From assembly GCA_040386535.1 (NCBI GenBank), contig JAZKFH010000068.1, positions 6,894 through 34,790 on the forward strand: a stretch of DNA of 27,897 bases, read 5' to 3'. Each line of letters begins with the position of its first letter. The first letter of the stretch is position 1. Positions 1-9,157 of the stretch are shown here, piece after piece. The position numbers were made by a program, and so were the translations under genes. Source of the DNA: Myxococcota bacterium. GTDB lineage: Bacteria; Myxococcota_A; UBA796; SXON01. The notes below the pieces were generated by a model. The model did not search any database. It was not told where the DNA came from and saw only the letters and a list, made by a program, of their open reading frames with translations.

Positions 1-600
1 GTCAAGGGGACGCGGTCAAGGGGACGCGGTCGAGGGGCCGCAGTCGAGGGGCCGCGGTCGAGGGGACGCTGTCGGGGGGACGCGGTCAAGGGGACGCGGT
101 CAAGGGGCCGCGGTCGAGGGGCCGCGGTCAAGGGGACGCGGTCAAGGGGATGCGGTCGAGGGGACGCGGTCGAGGGGGCCGCGGTCGAGGGGACGCGGTC
201 GAGGGGATGCGGTCGAGGGGACGCGGTCGAGAGAACGCGGTCAAGGGGCCGCTGTCGAGGGGACGCCGTTGAGGGGCCGCTGTCGAGGGGACGCTGTCGA
301 GGGGACGCGGTCAAGGGGCCGCAGTCGAGGGGCCGCGGTCGAGGGGCCGCGGTCGAGGGGCCGCGGTCGAGGGGCCGCGGTCGAGGGGAGGCGGTCAAGG
401 GGATGCGGTCAAGGGGACGCGGTCAAGGGGACGCGGTCGAGGGGCCGCAGTCGAGGGGCCGCAGTCGAGGGGGCGCAGTCGAGGGGCCGCGGTCGAGGGG
501 ACGCGGTCGACGGGCCGCGGTCGACGGGACGCGGTCAAGGGGACGCGGTCGAGGGGACGCGGTCGAGGCGGCGCGGTCGGGGGGACGCGGTCGAGACGCG
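1..600. repeat. 14-bp tandem repeat (minisatellite), about 42 degenerate copies, truncated at window start
   Basis: Unit GTC(A/G)AGGGG(A/C)CGCG starts at 1, 15, 29 and so on, with few variable positions; it decays near 560-600. Confidence 0.97.
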
Positions 601-700
601 TCTCCCTCGGCCGTGCTGGCCGTCCATCGTCGTAAGCCGCGTGGTGCGCGTCGCGGCGCCGTGGCGCCTTAGCGGTTCACGCGGATCGGGCGCGCCAAGC

Positions 701-810
701 CCCGCGGCCGGTGACCGGAGGGCGGCCGGCTGCGCCGGCCGGTTCGGCGCCTCGACGCCGGCAGGCGGCGCCGCGCCAACGGAGCGCAACGCGCGACCCC
801 GCAGGGCGCC
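701..810 (-). repeat. Copy E of dispersed multi-hairpin intergenic repeat unit
   Basis: Minus strand reads ...ctccgttggcgc[hairpin]gcgccgaaccggcc[hairpin]ggccgccctccggtcacc..., matching the linkers of the copy at 8983-9132. Confidence 0.7.
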
Positions 811-848
811 GATGAGCCGCCCTCCGCCCCGCCCGCTATGAGCGCGTG

Positions 849-1592
849 ATGATCCGCCCCACCGTCGTCATCCCGTTTCGGCGGCGTCGCGACCTGCTCG
901 TGCGCGCGCTCGCGGCGGTGGAGGGCTGGCCGCTGGTCGTGGTCGACGACTCCGACGACGGGCTCGATCTCGACGTGCCGACCGTGCGGCTCGGCGGCGG
1001 CCAGGGCTTCGCGCGGGCCGCCAACACGGGCCTCGCGGCGGTGCGCACGCCCACGGCCGTGCTCCTCAACGACGACGCCGCGCCGGAGCCGGGCTGCCTC
1101 GATGCCCTCGCGCGGGTCGGGGGCGTGTGCGGGCCGGTGCTGGTCGGGCCGCGCGGCGTGGAGTCGGCGGGCCTTCGCGTGCGGGCGTGGGGCCGCGTGG
1201 TGCAGATCACGACCGTGCCCGCCCACGATGCGCACGTAGACGCGCTCTCCGGCGCCTGCCTCCACCTGCCCGCGCACCTGCGCTTCGACACGCGGTTCCG
1301 CCACGGGAGCGAGGACGTGGAGCTGTGTCGGCGCGCCGGCGGCGGCACGATCGTCGTGAGCGCGCGGTGCTGGCACGAGGGCGGGGCCACGCTCGACCGC
1401 ACCTCCGAGGAGGCCCAGGAGCACGCGGTGTCAGGGCAGCTGCGGCTCGTGGATGCCGGCTGGCGCGACGTCGTGGTGGTGGGGCTCGCCGTGGCCCAGG
1501 TTGCACGTGAGGGAGGGCCCGGGGCGCGGCTGCGCGGAATCGCGCGCGGATGGCTGGACGCGCGGAGGCCCGTCGAGCCGCCGACGCGGTAG
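849..1592 (+). CDS. Glycosyltransferase family 2 (compact, WbbL/RfbC-like)
   Basis: GT-A motifs [25 protein letters not shown] (acidic motif), LSGACL and SEDVELC. Start is ATG 849 (GTG 846 is the alternative). Confidence 0.85.
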   Translation: MIRPTVVIPFRRRRDLLVRALAAVEGWPLVVVDDSDDGLDLDVPTVRLGGGQGFARAANTGLAAVRTPTAVLLNDDAAPEPGCLDALARVGGVCGPVLVGPRGVESAGLRVRAWGRVVQITTVPAHDAHVDALSGACLHLPAHLRFDTRFRHGSEDVELCRRAGGGTIVVSARCWHEGGATLDRTSEEAQEHAVSGQLRLVDAGWRDVVVVGLAVAQVAREGGPGARLRGIARGWLDARRPVEPPTR

Positions 1593-1620
1593 CCCGGCCC
1601 CGATGGGTTACCCGGCGCCC

Positions 1621-3510
1621 ATGCAGGTTTCCCAGTTCGATGTCGTGGTGGTCGGCGCCGGGCACGCCGGGTGCGAGGCCGCCGCCGCCGCCGCGCGCCT
1701 CGGGGCCCGCACCGCGATGGTGACGCTCCACCGCGGCCAGATCGGGCGCCTGTCCTGCAACCCCGCGATGGGCGGGCTCGCGAAGGGCACGCTCGTCCGC
1801 GAGATCGACGCGCTCGGCGGCCTGATGGGGCGGGTCACAGACGCGACCACCATCCAGTTCCGCCGGCTGAACACCCGGAAGGGCCTCGCGGTGCAGGCGA
1901 GCCGCGCGCAGGTCGACATCGACCGGTACCCGCGCGTGATGGCCGAGGCGCTCGCCGCGCTCCCGAACCTGACCATCCTCGAGGGGGAGGCGGTGGGCCT
2001 GCGCATCGACGGGACGCGGATCACGGGGCTGGTGCTCGGGGACGGCACCGTCGTGACCGCCGCCGCGGTGGTGCTCACCACCGGCACGTTCCTCGGCGGC
2101 GTGATGCACCGGGGCGACGAGCGCGTGGAGGGCGGCCGCGTCGGCGAGGGCGCTGCGTACCGGCTCTCCGACGCCCTGCGCGAGCTTGGCGTGCGCCTCG
2201 GCCGCCTGAAGACCGGCACCACCCCGCGGCTCGACGGCCGCACCATCGACTGGGCGCGGCTCGAAGCCCAGCCCGACCTGGGCGAGGGGCGCTTCTCCTT
2301 CGCGCCCGCGCCGCCGCGCATCGGCGAGCGCACCTGCTACATGGCCTACACCCACGCCGGCACACACGATCTCATTCGCGACGCGCTGCCCCAGTCCCCG
2401 CTCCACACCGGCGCGATCACGGGGCGCGGGCCGCGGTATTGCCCGTCGATCGAGGACAAGGTGGTGCGGTTCCCCGACAAGGAGCGCCACCAGCTGTTCC
2501 TGGAGCCGGAGGGCCTGGAGACCGACCGCGTGTACGTGAACGGCACGTCCACGAGCCTGCCGCGCGACGCACAGCTGGCGATGATCCGGTCGATCCCCGG
2601 CCTGGAGGGCGCCGAGATCCTGCAGTACGGGTACGCCGTCGAGTACGACTACGCCGATCCCACGCAGCTCGGCCACGACCTCGGCCTGCGCGGCGTGACC
2701 GGGTTGTACTTCGCCGGCCAGATCAACGGCACCAGCGGCTACGAGGAGGCCGCGGCCCAGGGGCTCGTGGCGGGGGTGGCGGCAGCCTCGCTCACGCGCG
2801 ACATGGCGCCGCTGCGGCTCGGTCGCGACGAGGCGTGCATCGGCGTGCTGGTCGACGATCTGGTGACCCGCGGCGTCGGCGGCGAGCCCTACCGCATGTT
2901 CCCGAGCCGCTCCGAGCACCGCCTCGTGTTGCGCGAGGACAACGCGGACCGGCGCCTGATGCCGAAGGGCCGCGCGCTCGGCCTCGTCGGGGACGCGGCG
3001 TGGGCGCGCTACGAGGCGAAGGAGACCTGCATCACCCGCCTGAAGCGCGCGACCGACGCTGTATTCGTGCCGGACGTCGCGACGCAGACCCGTTTCGAGG
3101 CTATCGGCCTGCCCGCGTTGACGCGGCGGCTCACGGCGGCGGATCTCTTGCGGAGGCCCGAGCTCGGGTGGACCGAAGTTTCCCCGCTACTGGAGCTCGC
3201 CCCCCCCGACGCCGATCCCTCCCTCGACATCGAGGCCGCCGAACAGGTGGAGATCGAAATCAAGTACGCCGGCTACGTCCTCCGCGAGGACGAGCGCCGC
3301 GCCGACGCCCACCGCATGTACGCGACCTCGCTCGACGGCATCGACTTCGCCTCGCTCCTGGCGCTCTCCACTGAGGCCCGTGAGCGCCTCACCCGCGCGC
3401 GCCCGGAGACCCTCGGGGCCGCGGCGCGCCTCCCCGGCATCACCCCCGCGGCCATCGACGCGCTCGCGATGGTGTTGATCCGGCAGCGGAGCGCGGCGGC
3501 GCGGGAGTAG
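1621..3510 (+). CDS. mnmG: tRNA uridine-5-carboxymethylaminomethyl(34) synthesis enzyme MnmG (GidA)
   Basis: FAD motif [43 protein letters not shown] and [17 protein letters not shown]; 629 aa from ATG 1621. Confidence 0.98.
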   Translation: MQVSQFDVVVVGAGHAGCEAAAAAARLGARTAMVTLHRGQIGRLSCNPAMGGLAKGTLVREIDALGGLMGRVTDATTIQFRRLNTRKGLAVQASRAQVDIDRYPRVMAEALAALPNLTILEGEAVGLRIDGTRITGLVLGDGTVVTAAAVVLTTGTFLGGVMHRGDERVEGGRVGEGAAYRLSDALRELGVRLGRLKTGTTPRLDGRTIDWARLEAQPDLGEGRFSFAPAPPRIGERTCYMAYTHAGTHDLIRDALPQSPLHTGAITGRGPRYCPSIEDKVVRFPDKERHQLFLEPEGLETDRVYVNGTSTSLPRDAQLAMIRSIPGLEGAEILQYGYAVEYDYADPTQLGHDLGLRGVTGLYFAGQINGTSGYEEAAAQGLVAGVAAASLTRDMAPLRLGRDEACIGVLVDDLVTRGVGGEPYRMFPSRSEHRLVLREDNADRRLMPKGRALGLVGDAAWARYEAKETCITRLKRATDAVFVPDVATQTRFEAIGLPALTRRLTAADLLRRPELGWTEVSPLLELAPPDADPSLDIEAAEQVEIEIKYAGYVLREDERRADAHRMYATSLDGIDFASLLALSTEARERLTRARPETLGAAARLPGITPAAIDALAMVLIRQRSAAARE

Positions 3511-3537
3511 GCCCTTTCGGAGCACCCGGGCATCACG

Positions 3538-4230
3538 ATGAAGCGCATCCTCTACCTCTCCCAGCTCGTCGGCCCCGAGGATCTGCGCCGCGCCGACGCG
3601 CCCGTCGAGGCCGACACCGTCCCGCCCGTGCTCGCCGGGCTCGGCGCCACCGCCGTGGTCCACGACGTCACGCTCGCGCCCGCCCCCGACCCCCACGAGT
3701 ACGACGGCGTCATCGTCGGCGGCAGCTTCGGCTCCGCGAACCACCGCGAGCCGTGGCGCGTCGCCTTGCAGGAATGGCTCGCAACCCACGTGGACGTGCC
3801 GCTCCTCGGCATCTGCGGCGGCCACCAGCTCCTCGCGCGGGCGCTAGGCGGGACGGTCGAGCTCTCGCCGGGCCCCCAGTACGGCGTGTACCCGCTCGAT
3901 CTGCCCGGAATCCCCGGCTTCTCCGGGCGCGTGCTCCAGCTCCACAGCGAGCGCGTGGCCGTGGTGCCCGCGGGCGCCACGCTCTGGGCCGCCGACGAGA
4001 TGGGCATCCAGGCGCTCCGGTACGGCCCCGCGCGGTGGACCGTGCAGTTCCACCCCGAGGCCGACGAGGCGCTCCCCACCTACGTCGCCCGCACCCGCGA
4101 CCTGGACGCAGGGACGTGGACTGCTCTCGGCGCCGCCCGCCGCGATGGCCAGCGCCTGCTCACCGCGTGGCTCGCGACGTTTCCGCCGCGCGCGCGGCCC
4201 CGGCTGGCCCCGCCGCCCCCGGCGTTGTAA
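3538..4230 (+). CDS. Stand-alone type 1 glutamine amidotransferase
   Basis: YDGVIVGGS, nucleophile elbow LLGICGGHQ and QFHPE give an intact Cys-His-Glu triad. Confidence 0.9.
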   Translation: MKRILYLSQLVGPEDLRRADAPVEADTVPPVLAGLGATAVVHDVTLAPAPDPHEYDGVIVGGSFGSANHREPWRVALQEWLATHVDVPLLGICGGHQLLARALGGTVELSPGPQYGVYPLDLPGIPGFSGRVLQLHSERVAVVPAGATLWAADEMGIQALRYGPARWTVQFHPEADEALPTYVARTRDLDAGTWTALGAARRDGQRLLTAWLATFPPRARPRLAPPPPAL

Positions 4231-4251
4231 CGGGGCCGTCCGGAGGCCACC

Positions 4252-5388
4252 GTGGGGACCATCGCCGACGAGCTCGCCATCATCCCGTTCTTTCGCAAGG
4301 TGCCGCCGCAGCAGCTGCGCGCCTCGGCGCCGCTCTGGGAGCAACATTCGCTCGTGCCGGGCGAGGTGTTGTGGGACATCGGCGGCGAGGTCGACGCGCT
4401 GGCCGTGCTCGTGCTCGGCGAGCTGTCCGCGGAGGTCGACGGCACCGTGGTCGGCCGCGTGCTCCCCGGCGAGCTCCTGGGCGAGGCCTCGGCGTTCTTC
4501 GCCAGCGCCACCCGCTCGGCCACCCTGCGGGCGCGGACCACGTCACAAGTGCTGACCCTCTCCGTCGCGAGCCTGCACACCATGCGGTGGCAGGGGAACA
4601 GCGTGTACGACGCGCTGCTGGAGCAGGGCCTGGTCACGTTGGTGCGGCGCATCGGCGCCACGAACGTCCGCATCGCCCAGGTCGCCACGGGGGGCGTGGC
4701 CGCGCCCGCTCGTACGGAGCCGTCCGCGTTCGTCCGCTTCTGGAAGGCGCTCCGGCCCGGCGGCCCCGCGGGTGCGTGCCCCCCGATCGAGCCGCTGCTG
4801 CGCCGCCAGCCCGGCCTCTCCGACATCAGCGGCGAGGTGATCGGCGCCCTGGCGCAGGGGTTCGTGGCCGAGCCCGTCGAGGAGGGCCGCATCTTGTTCC
4901 TCGAAGGCGAGCCCGGCGCCGCCGCGTGGCTCGTGGCGGACGGCGGCGTCGACGTGCTCCGCAACGTGCGCGGCGACCGCGCGGAGCTGCTGGCAAGCCT
5001 CGGCCCCGGCAGCATCTTCGGCATCAACACGCTCATCGAGCGCGGCGCGCGCACGGCGAGCTGCGTGGCCGCCCGCCCCGGCTGGCTCTACCGCATGGAT
5101 GTCGAGGGCTACGGCAGCCTGCGTGGCCCCAACCGGCTGGCGTGGCGGGAGAGCCTGCTCGGCGCGCTCGCCACCCAGATCCGCAACGCTAACAACGCCT
5201 TGCAACGCGTCTCGGGCGACAAGCCGCTGCGCCCCGCCCCGACCCGCGCCGCGTCGGACGGCGACAAGCACTTCCAGGAGCTCCTCAAGGCCTCGGGCTG
5301 GCTCGAGGGCCTGCCCGACGTCGATCTGGAGAAGATGGAGGTCGTCGTCACCGAGGACCAGCGTCGCAACCCGCGGCGCCGCGGGTAG
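4252..5388 (+). CDS. Protein with two cyclic nucleotide-binding (CAP_ED) domains and no evident HTH
   Basis: Two phosphate-binding-cassette-like motifs, PGELLGEASAF...RSAT and PGSIFGINTLIERGARTAS; GGAGG SD upstream of the GTG start. Confidence 0.85.
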   Translation: MGTIADELAIIPFFRKVPPQQLRASAPLWEQHSLVPGEVLWDIGGEVDALAVLVLGELSAEVDGTVVGRVLPGELLGEASAFFASATRSATLRARTTSQVLTLSVASLHTMRWQGNSVYDALLEQGLVTLVRRIGATNVRIAQVATGGVAAPARTEPSAFVRFWKALRPGGPAGACPPIEPLLRRQPGLSDISGEVIGALAQGFVAEPVEEGRILFLEGEPGAAAWLVADGGVDVLRNVRGDRAELLASLGPGSIFGINTLIERGARTASCVAARPGWLYRMDVEGYGSLRGPNRLAWRESLLGALATQIRNANNALQRVSGDKPLRPAPTRAASDGDKHFQELLKASGWLEGLPDVDLEKMEVVVTEDQRRNPRRRG

Positions 5389-5394
5389 GACGAT

Positions 5395-6600
<1,206 letters not shown>

Positions 6601-6763
6601 CTGGCCCTCGGTGGTCCTGCGGTGTTTCCTGGGGGGTGGCGCTGCAACCACATTTCGCTGGGAGCGGCGCCGCGCGAGCGATACCCGTCCCGGTGCGCGT
6701 CGATCGTCGATCTCCCACGCCCCGACGGGGGGCGGCTTATCCCGCGCCAGGGGGGCGCGAGTC

Positions 6764-7753
6764 GTGATCCGTGTGCGTCCGCCCGCGGTCCAGTGGCCCT
6801 TCGATCTGGTGCGGTGGGCCCTGGAGGAGACGCTGCGTGGCGCCCTCCCGCCCGAGGAGCCCGAGATCCTGCGCTTCCTCGCGGGGATCGGCTGGCGCTT
6901 CGAGCAGCGCCTCACGCCGGGCCGCGCCCTGCTGCTCGGGGACGAGGCGCGCCGCTGCTTCGGCGCCAACGTGCGCACCGCCACCGCCATCGTCCGCGAG
7001 GCCCAGGACCTCGCGCTCCAGGCCCGCATGGAGCGCCTCGTCCTGCCGCGGATGCGCGCCGAGGAGCTCGCCGCCGTCGTGCGTGTGGCGGGCCGCACGG
7101 GGTCCCCGGCGGTCGTGCTCTACCCCCACACCGCCAACGTCGATCTGCTGGTGGCCGCGCTCGCGTGGCAGTCGCCGGGCCTCGTGGTGTTCTCGGCGCG
7201 CGGGCTCCCCCCCGCCACGGCCGGCGCCGTCGGGGCGGTGCGGCCGACGCGCATCAACAGCCGCCTCGCCCGGCGCCGCGCGGAGGACGACGCCCGCCTC
7301 CCGATCCGCTGGGAGGCCGATCCCACCGCGCTCGCAGGGTGGTTGGCGCGCGGGCACGTCGTCGCCGCCGCGTTCGACGACCGGGCGTGGCCCACCTACG
7401 TCCGGGTCCCCTTCCTCGGGCGCGAGGCGCTCCTGTCGCCGGAGCCGTACGCCCTCGCCCGGAGCGCGGGGGTGCCGCTGCACTTCGCCACCATCCGCCG
7501 TGAGCGCGACAAGTCGAGCCGCGTGGTCATCGGGCCGCCCGTCGTCCCCGAGCTCGGCGAGTGGTTGCGGGACCACGCGACCCCCTTTCTTCGCGCCTAC
7601 CCGGGCCACTACGCGGGCTGGCTCGCCGAGTGCCGCATGCGCGCGAACCTCGACGATCATCCCCTGTTCGCCGACTACGCGCCCGACGCCCGGTGGCTCG
7701 GCTGGCCGGTGTACGACGAGCCGATGCGCGCCGAAGCGGCATCCGATCATTGA
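6764..7753 (+). CDS. Lipid A lauroyl/lysophospholipid acyltransferase family protein (LpxL-like)
   Basis: HxxxxD motif [20 protein letters not shown] and LARSAGVP fit LpxL-family blocks. The GTG 6764 start is inferred. Confidence 0.7.
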   Translation: MIRVRPPAVQWPFDLVRWALEETLRGALPPEEPEILRFLAGIGWRFEQRLTPGRALLLGDEARRCFGANVRTATAIVREAQDLALQARMERLVLPRMRAEELAAVVRVAGRTGSPAVVLYPHTANVDLLVAALAWQSPGLVVFSARGLPPATAGAVGAVRPTRINSRLARRRAEDDARLPIRWEADPTALAGWLARGHVVAAAFDDRAWPTYVRVPFLGREALLSPEPYALARSAGVPLHFATIRRERDKSSRVVIGPPVVPELGEWLRDHATPFLRAYPGHYAGWLAECRMRANLDDHPLFADYAPDARWLGWPVYDEPMRAEAASDH

Positions 7754-7786
7754 CAGGATCCGCCCGGTCGAATTAGCTGGCGCGCT
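7750..7786 (+). promoter_or_regulatory. Putative sigma70 promoter of rpmG with GC-rich discriminator
   Basis: Perfect TTGACA at 7750-7755 overlapping the upstream stop codon, imperfect -10 (TTAGCT/TAGCTG at 7773-7779, 17-18 bp spacer), followed by GCGCGC. Confidence 0.6.
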
Positions 7787-7834
7787 CATTGCCGCGGGGT
7801 CACCGCGGCCTGAAACGTTTTAGCGGAGTGGGAC

Positions 7835-8023
7835 ATGGCGAAGAAGGCAAAGCAGGGCCGGATGACGATCTTCCTCGAGTGCACGACGTGCCGCGAGTCG
7901 GGTATCCCCGGGGTGAATCGCTACGTCACCCAGAAGAACAAGAAGAACACCGCGGCTCGTATCGAGCTGAACAAGTACTGCCGCTACGAGCGGAAGTACA
8001 CGACGCACAAAGAGACCAAGTAG
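7835..8023 (+). CDS. rpmG: 50S ribosomal protein bL33
   Basis: IFLECTTC...RYVTQKNKKNT..RIELNKYC...THKETK; GGAG SD upstream. Confidence 0.96.
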   Translation: MAKKAKQGRMTIFLECTTCRESGIPGVNRYVTQKNKKNTAARIELNKYCRYERKYTTHKETK

Positions 8024-8082
8024 GTCTCGGTCACGCGTGGCCTCGGCCACGTGGCGTCGGACTTGCCCGCACCGTCGGGCCT

Positions 8083-8136
8083 CTTCAACCCCGCCCGGAG
8101 CTGCGTCGCAGCCTCTGGAGCGGGGTTGAGGTGTTT
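8083..8136 (+). terminator. Long hairpin downstream of rpmG, probable terminator or 3' stabiliser
   Basis: TCAACCCCGC (8085-8094) pairs with GCGGGGTTGA (8120-8129), with an inner CCGGA/TCTGG and GCTGC/GCAGC stem; followed by a short TGTTT tail. Confidence 0.55.
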
Positions 8137-8159
8137 GGGTCCGCGACGTAGCGGCGGGC

Positions 8160-8306
8160 GTCGGGCGCGTCCCGGCGAGGCGCCGGGGCGGTCCCTTCCG
8201 GGCTCGGCGCGGGGCGCCTCGGTCCGCCCGCCCTCCCGGAGCGGAGGGCGGGCGGGACCGGCCGCGCCCGAGCGCGCGGCCGCCCTGCAGGCACCTCGCG
8301 CGGGGG
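8160..8306 (+). repeat. Copy A-left of dispersed multi-hairpin repeat unit (left arm of inverted pair)
   Basis: Aligns with the reverse complement of 8983-9132 and with 18933-19072, 13899-14019 and 27605-27680. Confidence 0.85.
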
Positions 8307-8508
8307 GGGGGCCAAAGGCGGCAGGGACCTCGCGCGCGGGGCGGGCGGGGTGCCATCCCGCGCGTTTGGCAACCTCTGGGTCACCAACGGCCGGGGTGAG
8401 GCGCCCATGCAGGTCCCTCTGGCGCCCGTGCGTCCCAGCAGGCCGTCGCTCCCGAGGTCTCTGAAGCCCACGGCCGACTCCCCCGATCGCGGCGGCCACC
8501 GCGGACCG

Positions 8509-8700
8509 CGAGGTCATGTCCCCACGACTGCACGCGGCACGGAGTCATGCCGGGTTGAATGCTCGTATCCAGGCTGAAAGCGCTCGCCCCAGCGCGGAAA
8601 ACGCCGCTTGCTCCGTAGCAGGCGCGCGGAGCGAGCCTCGAACTGGGCGTTCATGGGGGCATGACTCCGATTTAGCGGCGTTCAAGGGGGCATGACCTCG
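8509..8700 (+). other. 192-bp symmetric rod-like element (MITE/REPIN-like or structured ncRNA)
   Basis: Nested inverted repeats 8509-8523/8686-8700 (14/15), 8540-8551/8658-8669 (12/12) and 8556-8564/8645-8653, plus central stems; the mismatches within these stems are G-U compatible on the + strand. Confidence 0.7.
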
Positions 8701-8748
8701 GACCTCGACGCCCTCGTACTCGAGGGCTGAGGCAAGTGCATAGGCAAG

Positions 8749-8946
8749 GAGGCGCCACCCCTCGGGTTCGGCACCCTCCAGGTGACGAACGGCCCAGGTG
8801 AGGCGCCACCCCTCGGGTTCGGCACTCTCCAGGTGACGAACGGCCCAGGTGAGGCGCCACTCCTTGGGTTCGGCACTCTCCAGGTGACGAACGGCCCAGG
8901 TGAGGCGCCACTCCTTGGGTTCGGCACCCTGCAGGTGACGAACGGC
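8749..8946. repeat. 51-bp tandem repeat, 3 full copies plus 1 near-full copy
   Basis: GAGGCGCCAC(C/T)CCT(C/T)GGGTTCGGCAC(C/T)CT(C/G)CAGGTGACGAACGGCCCAGGT starts at 8749, 8800, 8851 and 8902. Confidence 0.97.
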
Positions 8947-8982
8947 GGCCACCGAGCGGGGACCCTGCTCGACAGGGGTGCT

Positions 8983-9132
8983 CCGCCGCGCAAGGCGCCC
9001 AAAGGGCGGCCACGCGGGCGTGGCCGGTTCGGCACCCCCGCCCGCCCGACAGGGCGGCGGCGTGCCAACCGAGCGGCTCCGCCGCGAGCCCGTCGGGGGC
9101 CGGCCCCGCGTCCGCGCGGGGATGCGCCCGAC
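8983..9132 (-). repeat. Copy A-right of dispersed multi-hairpin repeat unit (right arm of inverted pair)
   Basis: End GGGATGCGCCCGAC (9119-9132) is a 13/14 reverse complement of GTCGGGCGCGTCCC (8160-8173); linker homology continues across the ~150 bp. Confidence 0.85.
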
Positions 9133-9157
9133 CCGGCCCAACGGAGCCCCACCGACC

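Noticed and set aside
269..841. 190-aa Arg/Gly-rich ORF over the 14-bp repeat
   Set aside because: It is a translation of a non-triplet tandem repeat with no SD or domain, and is open only because the unit lacks stops on this strand.
1..3510. oriC next to mnmG
   Set aside because: No DnaA boxes or AT-rich unwinding element were seen, and mnmE, rsmG, parAB and dnaA are absent from the window.
7811..7822. Near-palindrome TGAAACGTTTTA upstream of rpmG as a Zur/LacI operator
   Set aside because: It is a single short instance with no regulator nearby and may just be an unstructured A/U-rich ribosome standby region.
8749..8946. Possible CRISPR array
   Set aside because: Units are contiguous and near-identical with no unique spacers, and no cas genes are present.
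8490..8954. 12-bp direct repeat CGGCGGCCACCG at 8490-8501 and 8943-8954 as a target-site duplication
   Set aside because: The placement around the rod element plus array is suggestive, but such a GC-rich 12-mer match can arise by chance at this composition; an empty-site comparison is needed.
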